A stretch of DNA of 64,000 bases from a virus, in the IMG/VR virus record IMGVR_UViG_3300012922_000001, positions 1-64,000 of that record; one strand, written 5' to 3'. The notes under the pieces were generated by a model that worked only from the letters and a program-made list of their open reading frames with translations, had not been told where the DNA came from and did not search any database. The first letter of the stretch is position 1. Each line of letters starts with the position of its first letter. The position numbers and the translations under genes are program-made. Shown here in pieces: positions 8,678 through 17,852 of the stretch.

Positions 8678-11600
8678 ACTGCTGATCTCCTCGGTCGTCT
8701 TCATTCCCTTAGCCTATGGGCAGACGCATGTCGCACCTGCTCTTGATCTGCCCAATACGTTCACTGGGCCGAATACTTTCACGAACGTGCTTACGTTGTC
8801 AGGTTTGACCGATGGATGCCTGACTGTGGCTTCCGGCATCGTTACCTCTTCGGCGGGTCCTTGCGGCGGTGGCGGAACTCCAGGTGGATCGAATCAACAG
8901 ATTCAATTCAATAACAATGGGGTCTTCGGCGCTGCGGCTGGACTGACTTCTGACACTTCCGGAAATGTTCTGATGCCGGGGACACTGGGAGTCACCGGTC
9001 AGGTCAATGGGACAACTGCCGGATTCACTGGCAATGTTTCAGCCCTAAGCTTCACTACAACCGGTGGCGGAGCGATGCACGTTCATACCGCCTTCGGTGC
9101 CACCCCAGCAACGCCGCTCGCAGGACAGAATGGAATTACTTTCGCAAATGACGGAAGCCTCCAGTGTTATCAGAATGGTGGGGCTGTGGGTAATTGCTTT
9201 GTTCCTGGTGTTGTGATCAATCCTGCGATCTCGCAAAGCATTGTCCAACCTTCAGTCGGTCGGCCTTCTGAGGGAACGTCCTTCGACGCCAACGTCTTCG
9301 CGCAGGTTCGTTACAATGACGCCCTCCAGAAGCAGTTTCCACTCTTCCCGGCAGGGACTATTTCGGTCGGTGTGAATACGATCACGATCAACGCCGTGCG
9401 CGGCATCAGCACTTATTCCTGTGTCAGTCCCGGAACAGGCTGCGCGAACACTTTTGGCACGCGAGGCACAACCCAGTATCTCCGCATCGCTGGAACTGGC
9501 ACTCCAGAGCAAGTAAAAATTGACGGCACGAATTGTGTAGGAGCGAACACTGGCACCTGCACAATCACCTTCACGGCGGCGAATACGCATAGCGCCGGGT
9601 ACACAGTCAGCAGCGCCACCGGGGGAATCATGGAGGCGCTGGTCGATTCCTACAGCCTCTCCTCGAATAATCCTGTAGGCAGCCGGACCATCGCCTGCAG
9701 CCCCTATCCTGAAAATGGCCACTACATTATTTATGCTCAGATCGTTGTGGATGATCTGCCTGCGACGAACTCTCCGCAGACCTTTCTAGAAGGAAATGGT
9801 TGCGTCCTTGAAGATGCCGTCTCGGGCGCTCCGATGATCAAGTTGAACAGCAATGCGGTTCATGCAACCATCGAGAATTTCACTTTTGCGACGTTAGTCG
9901 GAATCGGGAGAGCGGCGAATGGGACACAAGTTTTCGTCTACGACCAATCCCAGTTGATGCACTTCACCCGTAACCACTTCGCTCTTCCCGCCAACGGAAA
10001 TGCGGGCACCGATGTAGTGGATACTGTAGTCGAAGTTAACGCCGACCAAAACGCGACCATCGACCTTAATGATTTTGAAGGTGTGCCGATGAAGTGCGAC
10101 AGCACCTGGTGTGGCCCGATCATCTATGGAGATGCGGTCTCGAACGCGGCCATCGGAATCATTAACGCCAATTACTTCTCCACCAATCAAGACCCATTCA
10201 AATGGGATTCCGGCAACGGCGTATCCTTCGCTAACAATGTGTTTCAGAACTGGATTCACTACCCATATAAGTACAAAGGTGGCCTCCTTGCCCCAGCGAA
10301 TCAAGGAGGTAATTATTACGAGGGCAATTGTAGCCTCATTAACCCTGACTTTATAGACGTTGCCCATAGCAGTACCGGGGCGGGATACTCCTGTAACACA
10401 GGCCCACAAGTAGAGACTTCCGGATCACAGACGGAATATTCTCCTTTTCAGGATAGGAATGGCGCAGGATTAGCGCACCGCTTCACGGCCACCGGAGCCA
10501 ATGTCTATACCTACTACATCGTTGGGCATTCTGGGACGAGCCGGACACGTCCTCTATTCATCGGGGATGCAGCCACAGACGGAACCACCAATTTCAATGT
10601 GTTCTATCTCAAGTTCGGCGCGGATACTTACGATATTCTGCGCAGTGGACCGGCAGTCGGGGATGGTACCGACACCTCTCCGTTTGGCACGGCGAATTGG
10701 GCTGTAGCTACAGGCCTAGTCTGCTCCGCGAATCCATGTTTTTATCAGGAGACGTTCGCTGCGCCTACGTCTTACAATGTCTCCACCGACAGCGTGACCG
10801 TCACCTATACTCCGCCGATTGACTACTGGCCCGTTCCTCTCTTTATCCACGGAAGCTCCACATCGCCATCGACCTACCGAGGCCCCGTCACCACATTTGT
10901 GAATGGATCGGCAGTAACCGGCGCAGTCGGCTACTATGATGGAACTTTCACTTCCGAGAGCGGCGGCGAGGAACAACTTACCGGAATGCATGTTCTTCAT
11001 ATGGGGCCTTTGCAGAATGGCGGAACCAGCCATAACCCAGGAGCGATGATTCTTAATCCTGATATACAGACCAACAGCTTCACCGGGTTCAAGGGCCGCA
11101 TCAACATGCCCAGCTACTCAGTCCCGAACAACGTCTACCTCTCTAACCATGACAACATACTTTACCAGACGTTTGATCCTGATTCGGCCAAGACGATGGC
11201 GACTCCAGGACACCAACCGAAGCTTAACGCTGCCGGGACGGACTGCGGCATGGGGTACGACAACAATGCCAGCTATCTGATGTTCATGTGTGGGAATCCG
11301 ATTAGTTTCTATGTGGCACACAAGCCGGACTCTGGCACGTCGCCTGTTTTCCAATTACTTACTACTGGGGGAAAGACGCGTCTGCAATTTACCTCGACAT
11401 TGGCCACGGGAACGGCTCCCTTTGCAATCACCAGCACAACGCCAGTACCGAACCTTTCCGCCACGCCAACAACCTACAATGCGGCCGGAACGCAGCAGAC
11501 AAATGCTCACATCGTGGAAGGAACATGTACGCTCGGAACGAGTTGCGCAATTACTCTGACCGGTGCAGCCGTCTTCACCGGGGCTGCCAGCTACGCCTGT

Positions 11601-11717
11601 ACTGCGGAAGACACAACGGCAATCGCAGCGACACGAGTCGTGCAAGCATCAGGCAGTTCGGTGACATTCACGGGCACTGGGACTGATGTGCTGGTTTATC
11701 ACTGTGTGGGCAACTAG
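8658..11717 (+). CDS. tailspike-like protein, right-handed beta-helix (depolymerase candidate), signal-peptide-like N-terminus
   Basis: 1019 aa from the ATG at 8658 (SD GGAGG at 8650-8654). Asn/Gly/Val-rich repeats (NATIENFTFA..., NAAIGIINANYFS..., GVSFANNVFQNW) are typical of pectate-lyase-fold beta-helices. N-terminus is MRKLLWLLLISSVVFIPLAYG/Q. Confidence 0.55.
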   Translation: MRKLLWLLLISSVVFIPLAYGQTHVAPALDLPNTFTGPNTFTNVLTLSGLTDGCLTVASGIVTSSAGPCGGGGTPGGSNQQIQFNNNGVFGAAAGLTSDTSGNVLMPGTLGVTGQVNGTTAGFTGNVSALSFTTTGGGAMHVHTAFGATPATPLAGQNGITFANDGSLQCYQNGGAVGNCFVPGVVINPAISQSIVQPSVGRPSEGTSFDANVFAQVRYNDALQKQFPLFPAGTISVGVNTITINAVRGISTYSCVSPGTGCANTFGTRGTTQYLRIAGTGTPEQVKIDGTNCVGANTGTCTITFTAANTHSAGYTVSSATGGIMEALVDSYSLSSNNPVGSRTIACSPYPENGHYIIYAQIVVDDLPATNSPQTFLEGNGCVLEDAVSGAPMIKLNSNAVHATIENFTFATLVGIGRAANGTQVFVYDQSQLMHFTRNHFALPANGNAGTDVVDTVVEVNADQNATIDLNDFEGVPMKCDSTWCGPIIYGDAVSNAAIGIINANYFSTNQDPFKWDSGNGVSFANNVFQNWIHYPYKYKGGLLAPANQGGNYYEGNCSLINPDFIDVAHSSTGAGYSCNTGPQVETSGSQTEYSPFQDRNGAGLAHRFTATGANVYTYYIVGHSGTSRTRPLFIGDAATDGTTNFNVFYLKFGADTYDILRSGPAVGDGTDTSPFGTANWAVATGLVCSANPCFYQETFAAPTSYNVSTDSVTVTYTPPIDYWPVPLFIHGSSTSPSTYRGPVTTFVNGSAVTGAVGYYDGTFTSESGGEEQLTGMHVLHMGPLQNGGTSHNPGAMILNPDIQTNSFTGFKGRINMPSYSVPNNVYLSNHDNILYQTFDPDSAKTMATPGHQPKLNAAGTDCGMGYDNNASYLMFMCGNPISFYVAHKPDSGTSPVFQLLTTGGKTRLQFTSTLATGTAPFAITSTTPVPNLSATPTTYNAAGTQQTNAHIVEGTCTLGTSCAITLTGAAVFTGAASYACTAEDTTAIAATRVVQASGSSVTFTGTGTDVLVYHCVGN

Positions 11718-11744
11718 GAGACGCATGAGAAAATTGCTATGGCT
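11714..11744 (+). repeat. junction cassette copy 2
   Basis: CTAGGAGACGCATGAGAAAATTGCTATGGCT. See copy 1. Confidence 0.7.
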
Positions 11745-14457
11745 GACACTTTTATCCTCAGCCTTTGCCCAATTCAATGGGACGTTTAGCGGATCCGGAG
11801 TGCTGACCACTGATCCCTTGGGCCCTCCGGTAATCATTTCCTTCTCCTGCGTTTCCCCGATCACGAGCGGCCAAACAAGCTCTTGCAATTGGACGGTTAC
11901 CGGTCAAAGTGTTGCGCCAGGGTCCATCGCAATCAACAATGGCCTCTATTCATGTGGCAGTCCGTGTCCTAGTATAGACAATGCGACAACACCTGCTTCG
12001 ACTACGACAACCACCTATACCTTAACCGCTTCCAATTCCACGGCGACTGTGAATGTTCCAGTTACGGTAGTTGTTGGATTGACTCCCACGGCCACGATTA
12101 CTCCTGCTCCGACAGCGATTGATCTCAATACCTGCGGACTGGCTTGCTCAACGACCGTCTCCTGGACGGCAACGAATCAGGATACGATTGACATCCTGCG
12201 AGATTCGGATGGCGCTATCAAGTTGCACTGCGTGGTCGCTTGCGGTGGCAGCGGGAGCTTTGTGGATAGCCCACTGACCACTACGACCTATCACATCACC
12301 GTAACCGCACTGGGAGGTGCCACGGTCACTACAACGTCCGTGCCGGTAATCGTGACGCCAGTCTCCGGCGGAGGATCTCCTTCTGATACGAACCGCTATG
12401 ATAACCCGAACAACACATGCAACGGCTTGGTCACCGATGGCGGCGCGGCACCACCGGATAATTGCTTCTATACGGCTCTGGTAGGGACGCCTTCTCCCGG
12501 GAAGACTGTGGCCATCCCGGCTGGTTGTTCATCGTTTCCGTGTGTAAACGATTTAGCCACTGTCTTCAACGGTGCTGGCGTGAGTTGCGGAGATACGATC
12601 ACCATGGCTGCCGGTGCGCTCTGGAATTATACTTCGACGCATACAGCCACGCTGAACTCAAAAGGCTGCGACAACGCGCACTGGATCACTGTTCGCACCT
12701 CAACTCCAGACGCCAGCCTTCCTGACCAGAATACTGAGATCACGCCATGCTGGGCCAACATCGCGAGCCTGCCTGGGCGACCGTCATTCTCATGTCCTTT
12801 TGGCGGGGCGGCCGCTCTTGTTCCAACTATTTCCATTGACGGATCAAACGCCTTCAATATCGCTTGTGACCATTGCCGATTCATCGGAATACGCTTCACC
12901 ACTACAGCGTTCCTGCCGAACGGAACTACCCAACTCGTTAACATGACCGGAGCCAATCATGTCGTGTTTGACAGGATGCTCTACTCCGGCACGCCAACCG
13001 GGGACACACGGCGCGCGCTCGCGCTGAGTACGAGTCAATGGGTAGCCGTCATCAATTCCTACTTCTGGGATTTCCACTGCCATTCCGGCAATGCTTCACC
13101 CTGCAATCAATCTCAAACGATAGGGTTTGGGCTTGGTACGCAGACACTGGCTTCCCCTGCGACTCTCTGTCAAAAGGGTGTATCCGTCGTGCCCCCATGG
13201 TCTACAGGCTGTCCTGGGATCTATAAGTTCGTCAATAATTTCATGGAAGCAGCAGGCGAGAATCTATTCTCCGGCGGCGGTGGCGCCAACTATGTTCCAC
13301 CTGATATCGAGATCCGGCGCAACCACCTTTTCAAGCCGCTCTACTGGAATCAACTTTGTGCGTCCGATCTTGGATGTGGAACTCCGGGCGCCTACGTGAA
13401 TGGCTCGCCGATTGTCCTGACGAGCATTTTCAGAACGTCTAATTTGGTGGTTGCGGCGCTGCCTACACTGCCAACCGGTGTCACAACCGGTGGTCTCGCG
13501 ATCGTAACGTTCGCTGGTGTGAGTGATGCCTCTTTCAATGGCAGTTTCCAAGTCACAGTGTCAGGGTCCGGGCCTTACAGCTTGCGCTACGCAAAATCCG
13601 GTCCTGATACCGGTGTTCTGACTAGCGGAACGGCAATCATGCCACCGTTTGTGGTCATCAACTGCTTCGAACTGAAGAACGGCGTGCGCGTATTCTTCGA
13701 AGGGAATATCTGCGAGAACGGCTGGGGAGGTTTCAGTCAGCAGGGCTATGCCGTACTTCTCTCGCCCAAAAATCAGGTGGGCAACTGTCCGCTCTGCTAT
13801 GTCTCAGATGTAACAATGCGGTACTTTCCAATGACCGGATTCCCCGCATCGTTTCAGCTCGCAGAGTCGGTGGATCCCGGGTTTACTCCGGCGATCGGCC
13901 TCGAGCGAGTTTCGATTCATGATGTGGTTGCGGATGCCAATTTCACCGATGCGAACTCGAGCTCTTACGGGATTGAGATGACGTTCAATTGTGCGGCAGC
14001 CGCGGGCATGAACAATATCGTCTTCAATCATCTTTCCTTGGTCAAGGTCCTCAAGGGAGCTTGGCTGATGGGGACGCAGCAAGGCACCTGCAGCTTTCAT
14101 AACGTGACTTTCAACAACTCGATTATCGACGCTGGCACATTCCCAATGTCGGTGACGTCGACCGGAGACGGCTGCCAGCAATTGAACCCGGCGCATACCC
14201 CGCTCGGCATCTTCAATGCTTGCTGGACGCCGACCTATAACTTCTTGAAGAACGCGGTGACAACTTTCTCCGGGACTTGGCCAACCCCTCTGACAACTTT
14301 TCCTAGTACCTTAGGGGTATACACCAGTTACAATTCTGGTAATGGCGGGGACTACCGCGTGACTCTAGCGTCAGGGCTTCAGAACGCTGGGACGGATGGG
14401 AAGAATGTCGGGGCTGATATCAACAAAATTGCTACCGAGACGGCTGGGATCCAATAA
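11725..14457 (+). CDS. second tailspike-like beta-helix protein, signal-peptide-like N-terminus
   Basis: 910 aa from the ATG at 11725. It has a Thr-rich Ig-like N-terminal part followed by beta-helix-like repeats (NAFNIACDHCRFIGIRFTT, ANHVVFDRMLYSG, YKFVNNFMEAAGENLFSGGG). N-terminus is MRKLLWLTLLSSAFA/Q. Confidence 0.55.
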   Translation: MRKLLWLTLLSSAFAQFNGTFSGSGVLTTDPLGPPVIISFSCVSPITSGQTSSCNWTVTGQSVAPGSIAINNGLYSCGSPCPSIDNATTPASTTTTTYTLTASNSTATVNVPVTVVVGLTPTATITPAPTAIDLNTCGLACSTTVSWTATNQDTIDILRDSDGAIKLHCVVACGGSGSFVDSPLTTTTYHITVTALGGATVTTTSVPVIVTPVSGGGSPSDTNRYDNPNNTCNGLVTDGGAAPPDNCFYTALVGTPSPGKTVAIPAGCSSFPCVNDLATVFNGAGVSCGDTITMAAGALWNYTSTHTATLNSKGCDNAHWITVRTSTPDASLPDQNTEITPCWANIASLPGRPSFSCPFGGAAALVPTISIDGSNAFNIACDHCRFIGIRFTTTAFLPNGTTQLVNMTGANHVVFDRMLYSGTPTGDTRRALALSTSQWVAVINSYFWDFHCHSGNASPCNQSQTIGFGLGTQTLASPATLCQKGVSVVPPWSTGCPGIYKFVNNFMEAAGENLFSGGGGANYVPPDIEIRRNHLFKPLYWNQLCASDLGCGTPGAYVNGSPIVLTSIFRTSNLVVAALPTLPTGVTTGGLAIVTFAGVSDASFNGSFQVTVSGSGPYSLRYAKSGPDTGVLTSGTAIMPPFVVINCFELKNGVRVFFEGNICENGWGGFSQQGYAVLLSPKNQVGNCPLCYVSDVTMRYFPMTGFPASFQLAESVDPGFTPAIGLERVSIHDVVADANFTDANSSSYGIEMTFNCAAAAGMNNIVFNHLSLVKVLKGAWLMGTQQGTCSFHNVTFNNSIIDAGTFPMSVTSTGDGCQQLNPAHTPLGIFNACWTPTYNFLKNAVTTFSGTWPTPLTTFPSTLGVYTSYNSGNGGDYRVTLASGLQNAGTDGKNVGADINKIATETAGIQ

Positions 14458-14466
14458 GGGGGAGCG

Positions 14467-14946
14467 ATGCGGACGAAAAACATGCTGAAACTTGGCGGAT
14501 TCTGCGTAGCGATTATCGTTGGAGTTGTGAGTTTGGCCTATGCCGCGGGAACCCAACTGCAGGGGCCGGTGACGGTTTTGGGCGATCCAGCTAACCCAGG
14601 CGTGTTGCGCGCAGAGTTTCAGATTTCCAAGGCCTGCACAAATGCGACGAGCGTGGCGACTACGGCAACGACCCAAGCCACAGTCGTGGTCTGCTCCGAC
14701 GGTAAAGGAAGCCTCACGCTGTCCATGAACGGCTCTACGCCGGTCAGCATCGGCGGAGTAGGTCCGGTGGGTCCTCAAGGTCCGGCTGGGCCCACAGGGG
14801 CGCCTGGGGCGGTAGGAGCGCCGGGCCCGGCAGGCGTGCAGGGTCCTCAAGGGATTCCAGGGACAATGAATGGGCAGACATGTTCGGCGGCATCGTGGTC
14901 GATTGGAAGTGCTGGGCTGACTTTGGCGAATATCACCTGCAAATAA
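14467..14946 (+). CDS. collagen-triple-helix-repeat protein with N-terminal signal/anchor
   Basis: 159 aa. N-terminal hydrophobic segment LGGFCVAIIVGVVSLAYA, then 13 uninterrupted G-X-Y triplets (GGVGPVGPQGPAGPTGAPGAVGAPGPAGVQGPQGIPGTM). Confidence 0.7.
   Translation: MRTKNMLKLGGFCVAIIVGVVSLAYAAGTQLQGPVTVLGDPANPGVLRAEFQISKACTNATSVATTATTQATVVVCSDGKGSLTLSMNGSTPVSIGGVGPVGPQGPAGPTGAPGAVGAPGPAGVQGPQGIPGTMNGQTCSAASWSIGSAGLTLANITCK
14752..14868 (+). repeat. G-X-Y collagen-like coding repeat (13 triplets)
   Basis: Direct reading of aa 96-134 of the 14467 ORF. Confidence 0.8.
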
Positions 14947-14956
14947 GGAGCTAATC

Positions 14957-15259
14957 ATGAGCAGTTTTACCGCTTGGTTTACTTTGGACCATGTCGAGCA
15001 TGTTGGGTTGGCTATTCCGGTCGTGGCATCAGTGCTGCACACCTTCCTGCCGCCATGGGAGGCCTTTGGAGACTTTCCGACACTCCAGAAGTACTACAAG
15101 TTGTTCGTTTATTGTGTCGGCTACGTGGGCCTCAATGCCCGCAGCACGGTCTGGAAGTCACTGTCCACCAACTCTGGCCAGCAGCCCTCGGTAGCCGCTC
15201 TTAATGGCTCAGCTACGCAGCCTGTCCCGCCACCCTCGCAGCCACCCACTCAACCCTAA
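14957..15259 (+). CDS. holin candidate (small membrane protein)
   Basis: 100 aa with two or more hydrophobic segments (VGLAIPVVASVLHTF, LFVYCVGYVGL). It lies directly upstream of the endolysin. Confidence 0.4.
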   Translation: MSSFTAWFTLDHVEHVGLAIPVVASVLHTFLPPWEAFGDFPTLQKYYKLFVYCVGYVGLNARSTVWKSLSTNSGQQPSVAALNGSATQPVPPPSQPPTQP

Positions 15260-15513
15260 TGCCAGAGAACCTCACCGAGCTAGGCGTCGGGGCAGCCGTG
15301 GCACTCCTGATCCTCGACAGGGTATTTAACTTCCTGCGGAATGTCCGCAATAACCACGGGAAGGGTAAGACCCCTAGCGCCGGGGAGCTACCACCGGACT
15401 ATTGGGATCGCCGTTATGACAAGCTGGAGGCGATGCACATGACCAACCTCGAGCTGCTCAAGGAAGTGAAGATCCGGGTGGAGGCGTTAGTCAGATGGAA
15501 GGGGGATAGCTGA
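15259..15513 (+). CDS. lysis accessory membrane protein (holin/antiholin or spanin-like candidate)
   Basis: 84 aa with one N-terminal TM (LGVGAAVALLILDRVF) and a charged coiled C-terminus. It has overlap coupling on both sides. Confidence 0.4.
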   Translation: MPENLTELGVGAAVALLILDRVFNFLRNVRNNHGKGKTPSAGELPPDYWDRRYDKLEAMHMTNLELLKEVKIRVEALVRWKGDS

Positions 15514-16199
15514 TGGACTCAATTAGCGAACGACGGCTCTCGGAGGTTCATCCGCGACTTGCCAGCCTGATTCGTCAACTCGCCGGACTGCACGCTGCAG
15601 AGTTCCCCGACAACGCCCTCCGCGTGACGCAGGGGCTGCGGACGTGGGCAGAGCAGGATGAACTCTACGCCCAGGGACGGACGGCACCTGGCGAGATCGT
15701 AACCAAGGCTCCTGCCGGACACTCACAACATAATTTTGGCCTTGCCATTGATATTGTACCGCTGGATAATCATGGTGTTCCTATATGGGACAACACGCTA
15801 CCAGTTTGGAAGAGGCTAATAGCCCTAGCTCAAGGGTTAGGACTCGAATCAGGGGCTATTTGGAAAACACTGAAGGATTATCCTCATCTACAATTAACGG
15901 GCTCTTGGCCCGTCTCGCCAGATGACGCTCAACGATCAGCTTATGCTTCAGGTGGAATCGGAAAAGTCTGGGCTGATTCGGGTCTGCCTAGCATGCCCGA
16001 CGACATTCAAGACAGTCTGAGCGGCGTCCTTCTCAGAAATATTGCTCTAAGCGTTGTTACAAGCGCGAGTGGAAACGGCTCAAGGTGGGTTGGCAACCAC
16101 CTGCTGAGATTTTCTGTGTTATCTGCACCACAGTCTTTACTCGTGATCCATTCCATCCAAGAGGGCAGACTTGTAGTAAGTCCTGCTCAAGGCGTTTAG
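15513..16199 (+). CDS. endolysin, peptidase M15 (VanY / L-alanyl-D-glutamate peptidase-like)
   Basis: Zn-ligand motifs SQHNFGLAIDI and DYPHLQL, preceded by LRVTQGLRTWAEQDELYAQGR. The last ~70 codons overlap the HNH gene, look non-globular, and may be read-through. Confidence 0.8.
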   Translation: MDSISERRLSEVHPRLASLIRQLAGLHAAEFPDNALRVTQGLRTWAEQDELYAQGRTAPGEIVTKAPAGHSQHNFGLAIDIVPLDNHGVPIWDNTLPVWKRLIALAQGLGLESGAIWKTLKDYPHLQLTGSWPVSPDDAQRSAYASGGIGKVWADSGLPSMPDDIQDSLSGVLLRNIALSVVTSASGNGSRWVGNHLLRFSVLSAPQSLLVIHSIQEGRLVVSPAQGV

Positions 16200-16630
16200 A
16201 ATATAGGACTCATCGAGGTGCTTACTTTATACGGGCGTCGGCATGGGCTAAGGCTAACCCATCCGCTGTTAAGCAGTATCAGCAGACATCAAGGAATAAG
16301 AAGCCTGATTTATATAAAACTATCCGTCGAGTAAAAGAGCAGCGCCGTAATGCCAATATCAAGAAGGCCCCAGGTAATGGTGTTACTCGACAGGAATGGG
16401 ATTCAATCCGAACTAGCCAAAGAGATCATTGCTGGTGGTGTGGCCAAGAGAAGCCTCTTCACATGGATCATGTTTATCCGATCGTAAAGGGAGGCGCGCA
16501 CTCGCCGGAGAATATCGTTGGGGCCTGTCAATCCTGTAATTCTAAAAAGCGTGATCGCCTCTGGCCGAGAGAGAATGGGGCGCTGTATGAGGCTACTGGG
16601 GTGCCTACGGATGGCGTGGTGAACGCTTAG
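16085..16630 (+). CDS. HNH homing endonuclease
   Basis: HMDHVYPIVKGGAHSPENIVGACQSCNSKK is a classic HNH motif. The region is low in GC. A further Zn-ribbon-like stretch lies in frame upstream of the first available start codon (see finding). Confidence 0.75.
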   Translation: MGWQPPAEIFCVICTTVFTRDPFHPRGQTCSKSCSRRLEYRTHRGAYFIRASAWAKANPSAVKQYQQTSRNKKPDLYKTIRRVKEQRRNANIKKAPGNGVTRQEWDSIRTSQRDHCWWCGQEKPLHMDHVYPIVKGGAHSPENIVGACQSCNSKKRDRLWPRENGALYEATGVPTDGVVNA

Positions 16631-16827
16631 GCCGCCTCCAGCGCATCCCTTCTGACAATAGTGCACACCGGGCCTTCCGGCAGCACCCTCCAGCCCTCAG
16701 GATGGAATGTGACGTACTCGGGGGAGTCGTAGTAGACCATGTCGTCCACAATCGTGCCTAGCTTCCCGTTGAGTGCTCCATGGTAGGCGTTGTTGGTGCC
16801 GATGAATTTGAATTGCATGATTACCAC
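16627..16827 (-). CDS. hypothetical protein
   Basis: Track ORF of 66 aa, the last gene of the leftward operon. It is convergent with the HNH gene, with a 4-nt overlap. Confidence 0.4.
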   Translation of the reverse strand: MVIMQFKFIGTNNAYHGALNGKLGTIVDDMVYYDSPEYVTFHPEGWRVLPEGPVCTIVRRDALEAA

Positions 16828-16987
16828 TTTCTTATCTTGTCAGCTGACCGGATTGGTTACCGGCCAGTGAGCTACCGTCGCTCTCAACAGCAAGAGCCTT
16901 GCGGTTCTTACTGACCCGAGAATTGAACTCGGTCAGCTCACAAGACAGAAAAACCAGGCCACCAGCCTCAGCCAGTGGCCCTCCCTG

Positions 16988-17419
16988 CTACTGGTATTTG
17001 CCAACTACGTTGATTGAAGAAAACACCGTAGACGTGTTGATGACACCGACACATAAGCCAGCCCCTACAGGCCCAAGAATTGAGAATGTAGCAGGCGTAA
17101 CGTACTTATCTGACGGTTGCCCAACAGCAGGATTCACCGCCAAGCTAGTTCCCCACATAGCCAAGTTCGGCGGTCCGCACGTGCTCTGATTATAGAGATA
17201 TGCCTGCGTGGCGAGATAGGTCGTTGCCGAAGCGGATGCAATAGAAATGTCGATTCCTGTGATGTTGATAACACATCCGGAAATGGCCGGAATTGGCAGC
17301 GACGGGGTGTTTGGGTAAATAGCCGTCAGATGGAATGGGCCGATTGCGGCACAGGTAGCATGGGCAGGCAGGGAACAGACGGTGGCGAGCAACAGGGCGA
17401 GCAACAGTTTCATCTTCAT
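16988..17419 (-). CDS. exported Cys-containing protein
   Basis: 143 aa. MKMKLLLALLLATVCSLPAHA/T is a signal peptide. Confidence 0.55.
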   Translation of the reverse strand: MKMKLLLALLLATVCSLPAHATCAAIGPFHLTAIYPNTPSLPIPAISGCVINITGIDISIASASATTYLATQAYLYNQSTCGPPNLAMWGTSLAVNPAVGQPSDKYVTPATFSILGPVGAGLCVGVINTSTVFSSINVVGKYQ

Positions 17420-17433
17420 GTCTTCGTGGCCTC

Positions 17434-17670
17434 CTAAGCCACTGGATTGGTGAGTACAACATCACATTGTCCACTCACTTCATTGAGTTTCCGAGAAGTG
17501 GCTGAGACAAAGTGGACATCGCAGAGAACGCGTTGCTCAGACCATCGCAGGGTGCCCTTACTCCAGCACCCTTCTTGGTCACACTTCGCTTCTCCATAGA
17601 ACCTAGAGCCACGATAGTGTGGGTGACCATCTACTTTGTCCACGAGTCCTCCTAGTTTGCAGCAAGCCAC
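17434..17670 (-). CDS. hypothetical Cys/His-rich protein
   Basis: Track ORF of 78 aa with uncertain start. It overlaps the upstream gene's end. Confidence 0.3.
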   Translation of the reverse strand: MACCKLGGLVDKVDGHPHYRGSRFYGEAKCDQEGCWSKGTLRWSEQRVLCDVHFVSATSRKLNEVSGQCDVVLTNPVA

Positions 17671-17852
17671 GCCTGAGCGTGGGCAATCGTCTCGTCATCA
17701 GCCTTGTCAGAGGCTAGGATGGCAGCGGCGATGTTGGCCTTCTCATCACTGGAGAGGCTCATAATCGACTTGAGCGCCAGAAACTCCTTGACCACGAGCG
17801 GGCCGAGGCCGGCGATCAGGCCTACGATCTCACTGATTAACTGAGGATTCAC
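17652..17852 (-). CDS. hypothetical small protein (one hydrophobic helix)
   Basis: Track ORF of 66 aa (IVGLIAGLGPLVV), with an ATGA-type overlap with the lipoprotein gene. Confidence 0.35.
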   Translation of the reverse strand: MNPQLISEIVGLIAGLGPLVVKEFLALKSIMSLSSDEKANIAAAILASDKADDETIAHAQAWLAAN

